From NCBI GenBank assembly GCA_051294375.1, contig CM119266.1, positions 19,789,657 through 19,853,656 on the forward strand: a stretch of DNA of 64,000 bases, read 5' to 3'. The notes under the pieces were generated by a model that did not search any database, was not told the origin of the DNA, and saw only the letters and a program-made list of their open reading frames with translations. Shown here piece after piece: positions 39,263 to 54,335 of the stretch; the first letter of the stretch is position 1; every line of letters begins with the position of its first letter. The DNA comes from Paraspadella gotoi (Eukaryota; Animalia; Chaetognatha). A program made the translations under genes and the position numbers.

Positions 39263-41427
39263 GCTCACCTAATGGACATTATTTTTTTTTTTGAAAGTAA
39301 ATATATATGATTTACGTTTTTCGTATTATTTTCATTTATTTGAAAATGTTAATGATATATGTTATACGTAATACAGATTCCTCAATCTCCACTTGACTTT
39401 TTTATTATCGACTACAACTCCCAGATATACAGAAGAAATCAATAAAAATTATCTTTTAGTTATCCCGATCCTGTAAAATACAGTAAAAGAACATTGTATT
39501 TTTTCATGTAGAATACAAAATGTGTTCCTGTACCTTAGAACATCATGTGACCAACTGACAATATCTTTCCAGTTTTTAAAAAAAATGTTTCGTTATTTTG
39601 CGCATACTCAAAGCTACGACTCATTCGTGAATCGCTGGCGAAATCGCCGCGGGAGATGAACCGGTGGATATTCCCCGCACAAGAGTGAGCACAGGGGTCA
39701 GGGAAGGAGATCTACCGATAGATAATTTCGAAAAGCTCATCTGATATTTGCTATACGTTTTTCTTCCACCGTCTCTCCTGCTTTTATCCTCCTTTTCACC
39801 TCCATAAAAAGACAATGGCTGCCGACGATGACGACGACGACAAAAGCGCATTTCATTTTCTGTTAAGTAATTGGACACCGACTCGAGGCCGTGAGAGGAC
39901 TGAGGGGAACTTGGACATCGCTTTGAATTACTTATGAACTGGTTTTCTCGCGTTTCTGCACATTTATCTTACTTTCTGTTTATTAAGACATCTCAATAAT
40001 CCCTGCCTTTACATGGAAAAAATAGCCTCTCATTTAAATATAACGGTACGTAAGGAGATAATATAACTGAGCCACAGTAGTTTTAACTTTAGTAAGTTTC
40101 GAGTTCACAGATTTGTTTAAACATTGTCCAACGTACTACGTGCAATCCACTTGTCTGTCGATCCCGACGAGACTATGCCACGAAAATTTCCTTGAAATGT
40201 ACTAGACAAAAAATAATAAAATAAAAATTTTAGAAAATGGGAATGAAAAACTCTTCCGAGGACTGCCAACTGGTGTACAACCCCTGCAAAGCAATCGCCC
40301 AAGTTTTCAAAGTCTTTTATGACTCCACGGGAAAGACTTCGACGTCACTCCCCCGGCGACAACGGCGGAGACTTGGGCCGGTGATCCGTGACATCACTTG
40401 CTGATGAAGTAGGAGCAGTCGACGTCTCTCCGCCAGCGACGTCAACTTCATTCAAGAAAGATTGACCAAGATTAGGGTCATAATGATCATGAGCTCTTGC
40501 CTTTGAGAATGATTCCTACGACGACATCGGCACTAACACATACATATGAAGTTTATCATAATTCGGGCCAGGTGCTGTCACATTATAGTTTTACTTTTGT
40601 ATTGATAAATATGTAGTAATCTTTGAAATACCCTGTAAAGTATCTCAAACTTCCAATCCCATTTATTTTCTTTGCCGGCATGAATGACGAAGGGAACCCC
40701 TTCTGGGTTCAGTTTTACGCGCTGTAATTATAATCGTAATTTGTAAATTGTTCGAGTCTTGAACGAGCTCCCGCCGAGACCGAATACGAGGCTCGAAAGA
40801 TCCCGGCCGAACGAGCGACGATGACGACGACGCGAAAGACTACAAACAAAGATTAAAAAACGTCGCTGACGAAATATTCTCATTATTTCTGTTTCAGTTG
40901 CCAAAGTTTTTTTTTTTCTCACTTTACTTATTGCGACGAAAAGCGAAGAGCGAAATAAGCGTCACGTGCATCGACAATCGTTTTCGTTCAGCGGGAATGC
41001 GATAATTAGATAAAACATCAAACGAAACAATTATTAAAAAAATTTTATATTTTTTTGGATTTATTTTCTGACTTTCTTCGCACTTGGATTTGCTTTTTTT
41101 GGTATTTGTTCCCTTAAAGCTACTAAAATATAAGTTTTTAAATATTTCTTTATTTGAGTCATTCCTGGATTCTGGTAAAACCAGTATAGATACAACTTTT
41201 AACACTCTTAAATCTGTTCAATTAAAATAAATGAAAAACTATCAACTGTAGATGCTGATTATTTATAATATTCTATTTTTACCTATATCATTAAAAACGA
41301 ATTTACATATATATAATGTACAAATATAAATTCATTAGTTTACGGTTTTCATATATACATAGTTGGAGTGTTAAAGTTTATTTAGAAAACAAATTTTGTT
41401 CGTTTTACATAAAAAATGCGGTTTGTT

Positions 41428-41468
41428 CTGACGAAGGCTATCAGTAACACATAACCGAAACATATCCG
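41428..41468 (+). ncRNA. Degenerate hammerhead motif
   Basis: CUGACGA-A-GGCUAU-(9 nt)-AUAACC-GAAAC-AU-AUC. One stem II mismatch, broken stem III palindrome, weak stem I. Confidence 0.5.
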
Positions 41469-42392
41469 TTTTTTTTCACAACACAAACAAATTTTGTCGT
41501 TGTTGTCACCCGAAAAAAAAACAATACAAAGCCTATTTTAACATATTAATTTCAGTATGTTGAGAATTTTTCATACTAAGAAGCTCAAATAAGTTCAAAT
41601 CAACCTTTTAAATAAAAGTGAAAATGATTTCCCCCTCTGTTCTCCTCAGAGGCCTTAATTGAGGACATAAAAATCCAGAATTCGTAAAATTTCTGGCGAG
41701 TTAAATTAGAGGAGAGAGTATCGGAGGGAAGGACAGCATAAAATCAGAGAGGGATAGAGAGAAAGAGTAATGAATTTGAAAATGCGTGTTATTATTTAAA
41801 AAAAAAAAAAAAGAAATGAGTCTTCAAAATATATTTTTCATTACTTTAACTTCAGCCTCCGCCTATACCGTCTCCGACGACGCTGCATTTTCTAACACCT
41901 AGTAGGGGGCACTCGCGAACTCAGGATTGTTAGGCGCGCCGTTTTTAAAAAAGGGAGAAACGAGTTGGCCCCCGACGGATCCGCTCCGCTCTTTGATGTG
42001 GTTGGAGGAAGTTAGGGCAAGTCCAACAAACACCAAGCAGGTTGGCCTATATTTTTTTTTTCTTTACTGGGAGACTTATTTTTACCCGTTTTCGAATTTA
42101 ATTTAAAATAAAACGAACAAAAACTAATATTAATCCAATCACATAAGTTAATTTGTACACCGGGCTAAATAAAACATACATGTGAGAGATTAAATACGAA
42201 ATAAATTTTATTATTATTAAATAATAATAAAAATAAAAAATATAGAATTTGTTATAAATAATTTTAATGAATATTTTAAAATATAAAAAGCTCAAAACAG
42301 TGAAATAAGTAATTCTGCAATTTTTATAGTAAAACAAATAATCTCACAAAATTTTCATGCATAAAAATGCATTTTGGTACATCACCTCTTTG

Positions 42393-42435
<43 letters not shown>

Positions 42436-44189
42436 TAAAATTGATAATTTATGACATGATATATGACCTTTAAACGCATTCAAACCAGCGTTCATTATGC
42501 TCAATAGAAAAGCCAACTGTTGATCAGAAGGTCATTGTCATAGACATTCTGTGAGTTTTTGTTCACGAGATTAAACTTGAATAAAGAAAAATTAATTGAA
42601 AGATAAAATTGTAAAATTGTAAAAAAATCTAATGGTTTCCTTCCCGTCTCGATTTAACGACCCTTTGCCCTGTTTTGAATCCCGCTTTCTTGTCCACTTA
42701 ACCGGTTGACTATTTTGTCACGCCCAACGCACTGCGCAGCGATTCCTTATTGATCAGAAGTTGTAAACATTTTTGTGTCAATTTTTAAAACTTGAAAATA
42801 TTTGCAAAATAAAACCAAACATTCAACAAAAAAATTGATACATTGAAAGATAAATTTAAAGAAATAATCAAATGGTTTATGTAAAAAAAAAAAATTGGGC
42901 TAAAAACGGATTATTGCGCTCATAGACGTCGGAGGATAAACAATGTTTATTATATGTTTATCATGTTTATTATGTTTAAATGTTTATTAAACATTTGTCG
43001 ACGGAATTAAGTGGTATGTGGCGTTTAATCAGCCGGTATGATCTTGGACTCAGAGACTGACGTGAACGAGAGGGGAGGGGGTCGCCATACCCCTCCGACA
43101 GTGTGGATAGAACCGACATGGTTTTAGGGGGATATTTCCTTCAGATTCCGAGGGAATCAGAACGACCGCTGTCTTTAGATTCGGCATCAAACGACAATAT
43201 CTATCTCTATACAATAATTGTCAATACATAATTTGTATCTAATCCTCTGTTTCTTTCTCTTTCTTTCTCCTTACTTTCTTCTTTTTGTGTGTGTTTTTTT
43301 TTGTTTATTGCAGCATGAGCATGAGCGTGATCACAGGTAATGTAAGTGACATTAGTGACATTTGTCGAAAACTTTAAACAATAATTATTCACACTATATT
43401 TTACTTTCTTTGGTTCTTACTTTTTCTCTCCTTTCTATTCTTTTCAATTCTAAGTCTAACTTAGAAAAACTTCGTCGTCTTGCTGTTTTGTTTACTTCCC
43501 TCTCTCTTTATTTTTGGGCTGCAACAAACTTCGTTCGGGCAACTTATCTTGAAAACAATTTTTGTTTTACTTTATCAAAGTCGAAAACCGGAGTCGTTCA
43601 TCGTAAACGCGTAAATCCTCTTATTTTTCATCAGAGTTTCGTCAAAAATATTTATGAAAAATAAATATAAAAAAATGTGGAAAAGTTACTATTTTCTCTC
43701 TCTCTCTCTCTCTCTTTATTTCTCTTCTTTCTTTTCTATCATTCGATTCCACCCTTTAATAAAATGAAAAACATAAAAATGGATAAAATTAATGGTATGA
43801 AATTAGTACAACCAATATAAAAATGTTATATTCATTTAATTCAATAAGTCACTTTTAGGTCGGTCAGTCGGTTGGTATGTCTGACGTCTGATGTTAAAAA
43901 TGCTTATAACTTAACAAAACTTTTAACAATTTAGTTCATATTTGATAAGAAGATATCATGCTTGTCATACTTGTCACGTGATAACTTTAAAAATCTATCG
44001 CATGACTCAAAATTCAATGCGACTTAAATTATTTCTCTTTATTATTTATGCTGACTTGGAAAAAAACCTCAAATCTAAGCTACTGTTAGTGCTACCTTTT
44101 TGTTGCGAGTTCGAATTTAGGGAAATATTTTTTAATTGCATAGACAACGATTTTATAGTTATTAAATAAAATCAACCAAAATCAACCAA

Positions 44190-44229
44190 AGCTGATGAAG
44201 GCTCGAACTAAAGAGCCGAAACATGTACT
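44190..44229 (+). ncRNA. Minimal type I hammerhead ribozyme motif
   Basis: AG-CUGAUGA-A-GGCUC-gaacuaaa-GAGCC-GAAAC-AU-GUA^-CU, between inverted arms ~44116-44165 and ~44232-44281. Stem I is only 2 bp. Confidence 0.72.
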
Positions 44230-45082
44230 GTTTTAATAACAATAAAATCGTTGTCTATGCAATTAAAAAAAACTTTCCTTAAAAGCTTTTAAATGAAATC
44301 ATAAAAAGAATAAAAGGTCGAATTCCGATGCAATGTGCGTTACCATAGCCACATGAAGTTACTGCGACTGCGACACATTAGAATTACAGTTCTTCTTTTT
44401 TTATTTTTGAAAACATTTTTTTCTTTTCTCTTTACTCTCTTGTTTTCTTCTCAATATTTTTTTTCAAATTTTTTTTTTTAAATCTTCGTGTCTTTCTTTT
44501 TTCATTTTTATTTTTCCCAAAATTTCAATGAATTTTAATGTAGTGGTGGTTCAACTGTCAGAAGCATGTCATCCTTGGCCTCCGTCGACGGCGTTTTCAG
44601 CGTTGTCGGTATGGCGGTCGGCAGCATTTGAGAAAACCACGTTTTACGCTACCATGTATAAAGGACCGTTATTAACGGTGTTCTCATCTTGACAGACATA
44701 GTATTAAGGCGCTCATCCATAATCACGGGGTCTCGATGAAGTTATTATTATTCTGGTGCCCTTTAATGAGTTTTTTTAGGAAATCAAATTCGAATAAAAA
44801 ATTATTACTGGATCAATAAAAAAAAAAAGAAATTTTCTTTAATTATGCTAATGTACAATATATATATTATTATAAATACTATTTATAATAGAAAATGACA
44901 ACAGAGAAAAGGATAAGAAGCGAGTGAAAGCCAATTACGATTATAAAAAGCTGCGTCGCTCGTCATTCCTGATAAATCAATTTGGGCGAGTTAAAAACGC
45001 CACAACACGCACGCGCCAGTCACAGAAAAAACTGTTTCATAACAGTTAAACAATAATAATCTTTGGCGCGAAAATTCTAAAC

Positions 45083-45420
45083 TCCCTTTCTCTCTCTCCC
45101 CGTTTTTCTTTTGTTTTCCTTTCCTCCCTTTTCCTTTCCTTTCCTCCCTTTTCCTTTCCTTTCCTCCCTTTTCCCTCCCCCTTTTCTTTTCCTTTCCTCT
45201 CTTTTCTTTTCCTTCTCTCCCTTTTGTTTTTTTTTCCTCCCTTTTCTATTCCTTTTCTCCCTTTTCTATTCCTTTCCTCCCTTTTTTATTCCTTTCCTCT
45301 CTTTTTTTCCTTTCCTCCCTTTTATTTTTCTGTCTTCCCTTTTCCTTTCCTTTCCTCCCTTTTCTTTTCCTTTCCTCCATTTTCTTTTCCTTTCCTCCCT
45401 TTTTCTTTACCTAAGTCTTT
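45083..45420. repeat. Polypyrimidine ~20-bp minisatellite (TTTTCCTTTCCTTTCCTCCC-like)
   Basis: Repeated CCTCCCTTTT cores; almost purine-free on the + strand. Confidence 0.85.
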
Positions 45421-45843
45421 CACTTTCCCTGATGATTGCGGTGATTTCTGCCGATTGTTACACACCTGTACACTCATCGACTATTCTTTCCTTTTTTGTT
45501 TTTTTTTTTTTTTTTTTGCTTTTCATTTTTCATAACGAATTTCTTTTTTTATTTAGGGGATTGAAGAGAGAGAAGAGATAAAATGGTCGAGAGGTGGCGC
45601 CTGATCTCAGCTTGATAACGAGGTTTTGTTTTTTCATTTGATTCGCGGAGAAATTTACAAACTCGATTATGTTGAGTTAATTACGAGGGCTATCTAGTTT
45701 ATTTTGTCTAATTTAACTTAGTATTGCGAGCATTAATTGGTTTAAAAAGCAAACTATAACGTAATTTTTAAAGGTTTATTTAACGTTTATATCTAAGCTG
45801 AAAGCAAAAATAAAATATTTGTTTGATATAAATCGTTCAAAAA

Positions 45844-46360
<517 letters not shown>

Positions 46361-46882
46361 GCTCTACCTTTTTCATCGCTCGAACGCCCGGTTTTCTTCC
46401 CTTTCCTTTCCTCTCGTCGCTGCCACCGCCTCTCTGCGCCACCTGGTATCGTCGCCGCCGCGCCGCCGCCGCCGCCGCCGCTTCCGACTGCTTCGTCTCG
46501 CGTCGTCTTGCCTCTTTGTTTTTCCCGCATTTCTCTTTCTTGTCGTCGACGCGGACGAATATTATATTAACATTATGGCGTCAACCCTATTTACTCATTT
46601 GTTTTTTTTTTTTAAATACCGCGTTTTTTTTTCGTTTTCTTCATCGTGAAAGATTTTTTTTTTGCGGTATTAAAATTGGAGGGTAAGTTTTTTAAACTTT
46701 CCTCTTTTTTCTCCTGCGTTTTTACTGCGTCTGTTTCCTCATCCTCTTCCTTCTCCTCCCCCATCAGGTTTTTAAAATGACCGTTCCTCCTAAAAATGGT
46801 TTACCATCTTTTATGGCAGTCAAGTGCCATTCGTCTATCGTCTTCATATCCATAAATAACTAATACAGTCATCGTTTGACGC

Positions 46883-46968
<86 letters not shown>

Positions 46969-47383
46969 TTCTTTCGTTTTTTTCGCTCTTCTTTCTTGTC
47001 TTGGAAAACAAAAAAAATAAAAAAATAAAAAAAATTATATCAAAAACGTATTTAATACTTAATTAATTGTAAATTATTGACAATCTAACTCTAATCGGCT
47101 CGAGGAGAACGAGATCCCAGATAAAAACTTTCCTGGTTGGGTAAGGGCTTCACAAGAGCTCCAAGGTTGGTGCCATCTATGATGATGCGCCAAGGCCGCG
47201 TCCACCGGCCGATTAGAAGGTCGTTCCTATTTTCTTCTCCGCTTTCGCCGACTTAAATACTTTTTTTTTTTTAAATTTCCGAATGAGTATTTAATGACAA
47301 TTACACCACGCGCCGCTGGTATTAGAAATTGGCAAAATAAAAGCTTTCGTTTTTTTATCTCTCTCTCTCTCTCTCTCTCTCTC

Positions 47384-47458
<75 letters not shown>

Positions 47459-49769
47459 TCTTTACCCTCATCAGACGTTTTGTTCCCGTTTTCTTACAAA
47501 TGTATACATATCTCCAAGTCTTCCTTTCTCTCCTTTCCACTCCCCCCCACCCGCCCCACCTTTTCGCTCTCGGCTTCCGGTTTTTTTTTCCCCCTACGTT
47601 TTCCTTTTCTTCTTCTTCGGCTTTTTTCTTAATCATGTTTGCACCTGCATATTTTCCTTTTCCCCCCCGAACTTCATCACGAGTCCCCCGAGGCCGTGGA
47701 GGGGAACCGTTTCCCGAGAAAACCGGACTTTTCTTCTTCTCGGGTGGACTCGACCGTTTCAGTTCCTAGGTCTGTTTTGCTGAAGCGAAATAAAGAAAAA
47801 AAAGTACTATCTCTTGTATCTTTAAATATCTCCGGTATTGTTCAAGGATCACCGTGTTATTCTCTCGCTCGCTCGTGCGCTCTCCGCATCATAATTTCCT
47901 CTTTTGCTTCTTCCCGTAAACATTTTTTTGTTCGGTTTTATTTTTTGGGTTTTTTTTTTATGCCTTTTGTTTTGGCTTTTTTTTTGTTTTTGGTTTCTCT
48001 GTTGGTCTTTGGGTTTATGTTTTATTTTTTAAGCTATTTTCTTCGCTTTAGTCTTTTGCAGAAGCTACAGAATCTCTTGTATCTTTATATCTCCCGAATA
48101 GTTTATTGTTCAATGCGTATTGTGTTGTTCTCTCTTTAGCTTGTGTACTTACGCTTCAAAGCTTCGTTTTCTTTCCGGTATGTTCATTAAGTTTTACCTA
48201 ATTTGGTTTTCTTACAATTAAGTTAAATAGATTTAAAAAGGTTGTAGAGAAGTTCCGTCTCTCTATGCCGCTCCAAGCAATATCAGTTGGTCCAGGAAAG
48301 TCTCGGCTAAATACGTTTTTTAACTCTTGTCGACTCATTTTTGGACGGGCGACGTTTGAACGTGTTTCCGCGGGCGAGAAGATAGAAATCTTCTTCAAAG
48401 GTGGCTAATATTCATTAATATTAAAATCATTAAACTGAAACAATTTTTGGCTGCAGTCGAAAAGCGATAATAATGATAGGTAGAAGTAACTTTTGGTTGA
48501 AGATTGACAGTATACTAATCAAGTCAAGACTGTATATTTCGATAAAACGGTTTAAATGTTAAACATCAAAATTTATTGCCACATAAATTCCTTGGAGTGA
48601 CTTACTATCACCACCCGTTGGATTTGACTGTTCCTTCCATTATCGCCGTAATAGCGTAGTTGGCTAACGGTCACCAAGCCCAGAGTAACTGTCTTGAGAG
48701 TAGACGGACTCATTGCCACGGTGAGAGAGCGAGAAGTAGGGCATAGGCGTTGGATGCATACCCTTAAGCGATGACGTGAGAGACGGTACTCAGCGATAGT
48801 AGGGCTCACCACTTATGACAACGGGGAGACATGTGTGATGCCTGGGGTGTGAGGTATCTCCCAACAGCTGGGGCTCAGGGCTTTGGACCTGCAGTGTCCA
48901 CTCTATGTCACTAGTATGTTTATGCCAACACCGTCAAACTTTACCAGCATGACCGCGAGGTTGGTGAACGAGTACTTGGCTGTCCAAGTCAATGGGACAA
49001 ACTGAGTTTCACCAAGCTATACGGGAGGCGAATTTAGGATTCGCCACAATATATACTTTTAATAACTGATGAAAGTTCTACGTTGTCATAAGTATAAAAA
49101 ATTTGTTCAAGAAGTATTTACTGATACCTTACCACTCTGCCAAATATTAAACAAAATGATTACATATTTTATGAATAATGATCATGTACACAGGGGCCTG
49201 TACAGAAATGGGCGGGCCCCTTGTATCAAGGTAAAAAATAAATTTAATTCCTTTCTGAAATACAGGGAGGTTTTATGACTAAATTTTTTAAAAATCGTTT
49301 GAATGGCTAAATAAAAGAAGAAAAAATATAATTTTTATTCAAGTAATTTAAATTTAAAATTATATTCATGACAAAAAGGTGCCCTTATCGACCTTTCCCC
49401 AGTATGTATCCCTATCAGAACATACGATTCTACATAGTAGTTTTATCCCTATTGTTAAAAAAAAATATATAAATAAAATATATAATATATAAAAAATATA
49501 TATAACTTTGGTCCCCCCTCAAAAAATTACCCCTTCCCACCCCTTTCTGTTCAGCCTCTTATATATTATGATTTTTCATTAATGACTTTCTAATAGGAAT
49601 GATGTACATGGTATTAAAATTCAAAAAAAATTATTTGGTTTTATTTTGGCCCACCCCCAATGTACATTGTAAAAGTTACTGCGAAGAAAAATCAAAGATG
49701 GTAGAGAGGTAAAGAAAAACCGTGGGTTAAGAGTTAAGGTCACTTCTTTGCTTCGATCTTCCATCTTTT

Positions 49770-50075
49770 ACAACCAATATAAAAAGTATCCATTCATTTA
49801 ATCAATTAGCTATTTTGCCCCTGACTTAAGGCCTCCATCCCTTTTACACGATGATAGCATAGCAGGACACTGCAAGCTGTCAATCAAGACTCTCTCACAG
49901 TCCAGTCAATCAAGACTCTCTCACAGTTCAGTCACAGAGTTCCTGACTTCCCTCTCAATGAAGTGGTGTAATATTTCAAAGAATGTTTCAATTGTATGAA
50001 AATACAACTCGGGGAATACTATTTTGTACTCCGCACTAGCATCAAAATGCAAGCAGCTGACTGTTATGAAATTGA
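49770..50075 (-). mobile_element. Dispersed repeat family A, long copy
   Basis: Reverse complement of 33058-33385, with an internal tandem duplication of GTCAATCAAGACTCTCTCACAGT. Confidence 0.7.
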
Positions 50076-50447
50076 TTCAACAGACATTTAATTGTAAATA
50101 TGTTATAACTTATACGACGAATAATACGACAAGGACGTCTACCGTATTTGTCACTGCCTCATGGAGAGACACGCATTGTCTTGTCGAGTTAAGACACTCT
50201 TTGCGTCGGGACGGAATTGTATTGACAGTGAAGGTTCGGAAAACCGAGAAATTCGATTTGCGTTTCACTTTTGGCGTTTTTTTTAGTAACGCGAAAGCGT
50301 CCTCTATCGATTTTGAGCGGAAACGGAAGGAAAAGTAAAGAGAAAGAAAAAAGGGTAACAGAACAAAAAGGAAAAAAAATGACAGGAAAAAAAGTCAAAA
50401 AGAAGTTAACTAAAGATTTTTCCCTTCCGCATCTTAACGGTTAACCC

Positions 50448-50812
50448 TTTTTTTAGTTGCGACGCGAGTATTCACGAAGCAACTCAATAAGTTACTTTTT
50501 GGTCGGTCTGTCGATCGGTATTTCTGTCCGTCGGTTTGTCCCACTTACGTTAAAAATGTACATAATTTGCCTATAGTTAGTTGCTCATTTGTTAAGACAG
50601 AAAAAAACCTCAAATCTAAGGGAAATCCTAAAACTGTAAAGAATAAAAGACGGAATTCCGATACAGTGTGAGTCATAAATACACAGGCTAAGAAAGTTAT
50701 TGTAGTCATGTCGTCCTGTCATGTAGCGTCTTGTCATGTCATGTCGCGAGAAATACACGTAAAAACAAAGTCACTGCGGCGCAACACATTGGATCAGGCG
50801 ATCTTGTTTTTA
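50448..50812 (+). mobile_element. HINE/Helentron-like element, family B, near full length
   Basis: TTTTAGTTGCGACGCGAGTATTCACGAAGCAACT 5' hairpin, GGTC/CTGT microsatellite, (TGTCA)n tract, 3' GCGGCGCAAC, T-rich flanks. Partial copies at 52400-52565 and 55365-55520. Confidence 0.75.
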
Positions 50813-51862
50813 ATAAATTTTCCAATCAACTTCAAAGTCCGTCAGTAAAATCGTGGCTCTTTTTTCCGAGAGTGCCTCATTTATATTCGATTTATTTTTA
50901 TTTTTTTCAGACGAAACCAAAAATCTGGATAAAAAAAGGAATTAAAAGGAAATTTTCACAATAATAAATAATTGTCAACTGAAAAAAAAAGTTAAAGAAA
51001 AACTACCAACGTGTAAGTACTTTTTCTTCTTATTTCATATTTTTATGAGTATGAATAGATTTCATTCCTCCTAAAAAGTTAGACGTCTCTCTCTCACACA
51101 CACACTCTTTCTCTCACACTGACAAATCGATTACCCGAGGGAAAACGGCCATTTGGGGTTGACCTGCTATCATCTTCGTCCCCGCCCTAATCTTTTGCCT
51201 CCCCGTAATGGGCAGACGCGGTCCGTGGTCCCAAAAACTCATTGTAACCTAATTTATTCGTTGTTTTTATACTTATTTCTTCGATCGTTCGATAATATCC
51301 TTATTTATTATAATGTTATATATTTATCGGAATAACATATTTATTATTTAGGTATCATATTATTTATAAAATGCAATTTTTTTCATTATCATTTCCGATA
51401 TTGGTTGATAAGTTCTGTTGATATCGCAATCCAGTCTCCATACGGCATACCGTATTTCCTCTGGAATAGTTCATCTTCTCACACTAATTACGTTCAGGAA
51501 TCGTTTATATTATTGTTCTGCTTTCGCTGTTTTGTTCTGTTTTTAAAAGTTATTAATTAATTTTTTTCAATTTAACGATTAGATTATCTATTTTAACGGT
51601 TCGATTAATAATAATATATGCATATGAAATTGGTACAACCAATATAAAAATTATCCATTCATTTATATATAAGAGAGTAAGAGAGAGAGTATAAAGGAGA
51701 CGGAGTTAAAGCGGTGCCACTGGTAAATGCTACATGGCAAACCGCAAAGCAACGACGTAAGTGACAATCCGTCCTGATTAACGTTGCCTAGTCGTTTTGC
51801 GCAAGGCGAGCTTTCGTGAGCGGTTCAGTCCGTGAATATTGTATATAATAGCCATACCTGGA

Positions 51863-51961
51863 GGCAGGACTTGCCTATGCTAATAATTATTGCTTGGCAG
51901 AACTTGCCTATGCTCATAATTATTGCTTGGCAGGATTTGCTGATGATCATAATTACCGCTT
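51863..51961. repeat. Three tandem 33-bp units
   Basis: GGCAGGACTTGCCTATGCTAATAATTATTGCTT three times, the third degenerate; no spacers. Confidence 0.85.
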
Positions 51962-52006
51962 CGTTATTTTACTTCTCGTTTAAATTTAATTTTCTTCGAG
52001 ATACTG

Positions 52007-52060
<54 letters not shown>

Positions 52061-53230
52061 TGATTAGTAATTGTGAATCGCTACAGATTCCTTGTGATTT
52101 TTATAATAGTTACCGAAGAAAAAAATGGCAACAAAGAATTCATACAAACTCTTTGGGACTTGACCTTCCAACGTTTAATTTAATTCAGTCATCGTCTTTC
52201 TAAACGTCATTCCTTCGCTTATTTATGAAGTCGTTTGTCAACTCGGTTGTCGTCTTCATCATCTCTTCCCGCGCTTTTCCCGGTCCGTGTCAAAGGTCAA
52301 GGTCAGAACCAACCGCGATGACGTCTTCCCCTTTCCGCCTTCAAAAACACTCCATCTACCTTGAGACTCTCTACTTCTTCGTCGGTTAAAAATGCCTATA
52401 CTATAGGCTATAGTCGGTTGCTCATTTGTCAAAACAGGAAAAAACCTCAAATCTATGTGACTGCTAGCGCCGTCTTCAAAAATCATAAAACTATAAAGAA
52501 TGAATGACGGTTTAGGAAAGTCACTGCGGCGCAACACACATTTGAATTTCCGTTCTTGTTATTTAAACGCTTTCTCGGCTTTCCTCATCTTACGGCGTTT
52601 TTCTTCCTTATTTATTTCAAACATTTTCCTTATTTGCAACCCCATTCGGCCACCCTATTCTTATAGTATCACATTGTGGAAAATCCTTCGGTAATCCCAA
52701 CAGTTCCAAGACCATCCACCTCAATCCCAAATTTACTCAATCTACTACCAACAATGCTCCAGCCACCACCGGAAGATCAAGATGATCAAACTATCTCATA
52801 AGCTTTCGACCCACCGGGCCAAAGGCTTGGTGGGAGGCTATGTGGAAGTGAATCCATTATATGTTATACAGTAGACATTGTTTTATTTCTTTCGTTTCGT
52901 AGCGTAAGTAGCATTAAAGTAGAAAAATTAAAAAACTGAAATAAATTCGTTTTCAGAAACAAAACAAAAATGTTTCTCGTTATACAGTATGGTGTCTTGA
53001 ATAAAAATGATTTGAATAATGCGTTGAATACTCCATGTGGAAGGTATATTTAGTTATATTTTTAGTTGCGCAACACACATAGGAATTTTCGGTCTTGTTT
53101 TTTATTTTTCGTAACAAATGAAATCTCTGGTATTATTACTCTTTTAGGAAATGGAAAAAATAAGATTACAATACAAAAGTCAATATGAGTACTTCCTTTT
53201 GCTGAAGGATTTTGCCAAATCCGGTCTCAT

Positions 53231-53342
<112 letters not shown>

Positions 53343-53919
53343 TTTTCTCTTGAATGATTCAGGCGGTTCATCCTCTTAAGGGGTTGATCTCTCCTGCCTC
53401 CGCGGTCAAAGGCAAAAATCTGCAATCTGAGTTTGGCATAAACATTTCCGCCGATGGGAAGGAATAGCTTCTTGGCTTTTTAAGGCACACCGAGTTTATA
53501 CGAAGTTTATACGTGGAACTATTAGAGAATATGAAAATAAAATAGTTTCAATATTTTCTTGTAGGTAAAAACGGGGAGGTCTTTAAAAATTAATTTCTTA
53601 CCATGCAAAATGAAGAAAAATTTAAAGTTTTGTTTTTTTTAGGTTGGATAAAAATTATTATTACAATATTTGTAGATTTTCTGGTTTTATCATTGAATAT
53701 TTGAAAAGACTATAAATCTTTGCCAATGATAATAATAGTGATAATTTTTTAAAGTTTTTTTTATATTTTTAATCGTCAAAATTGTAAAAAATTCTTTCAT
53801 TTATACAACTTTTTAAGCTCTATCAGAATCCGTTCTTGATTTTTAAAATTTTTAAAATTTTTAAAATCACTTTTTTCTATTACTTTCTGTAAGTTTTCTG
53901 AAGAAATGTTAAATAAAAT

Positions 53920-54335
53920 AATATTAATATTATAATCTTCTGAAAGCCCTTTCAAATCTAAAGAGAATGACGTACTTACTAAAATTGAACCGGCCCAGCT
54001 TTAATTTAATTAGGATATTCAAAAACGAGACATCTTTCCCAACATCAATAGCTGAAGGGTAAATTTAAGATTTTTACAAATTGTGATTGGCTATCTTAAA
54101 TCTTTTTTTCTCAGGCTCTTTCATGATACATATATAAATAATAATATTTTATGTTTAATAATTTAAACAGGTCATATATTTTAAAAAATGATTTAAAATT
54201 TTAGATAATTCACTTTTGACTCTCTTAATTGAAACAAGGCTGGGCAGTTTAATTGTTATGTTAGTGCTTTCGTAAGTATATCATTCTCTTCCTATTTTAA
54301 GGGCTTTCTGGGGATATTAATATTGTTAATATCTT
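53920..54335. mobile_element. Old MITE-like foldback with long imperfect TIRs
   Basis: GAAAGCCCTT...AGAGAATGA...ACTTAC...GCCCAGC...AATTA mirrors TAATT...GCTGGGC...GTAAGT...TCATTCTCT...AAGGGCTTTC. Confidence 0.5.

Noticed and set aside
45111-45581. Phe/Pro/Leu-rich 'membrane protein' ORFs
   Set aside because: Stop-free only because the sequence is a polypyrimidine minisatellite.
51863-51961. 33-bp repeats as a CRISPR array
   Set aside because: Units are contiguous with no spacers, there are no cas genes, and the context is eukaryotic.
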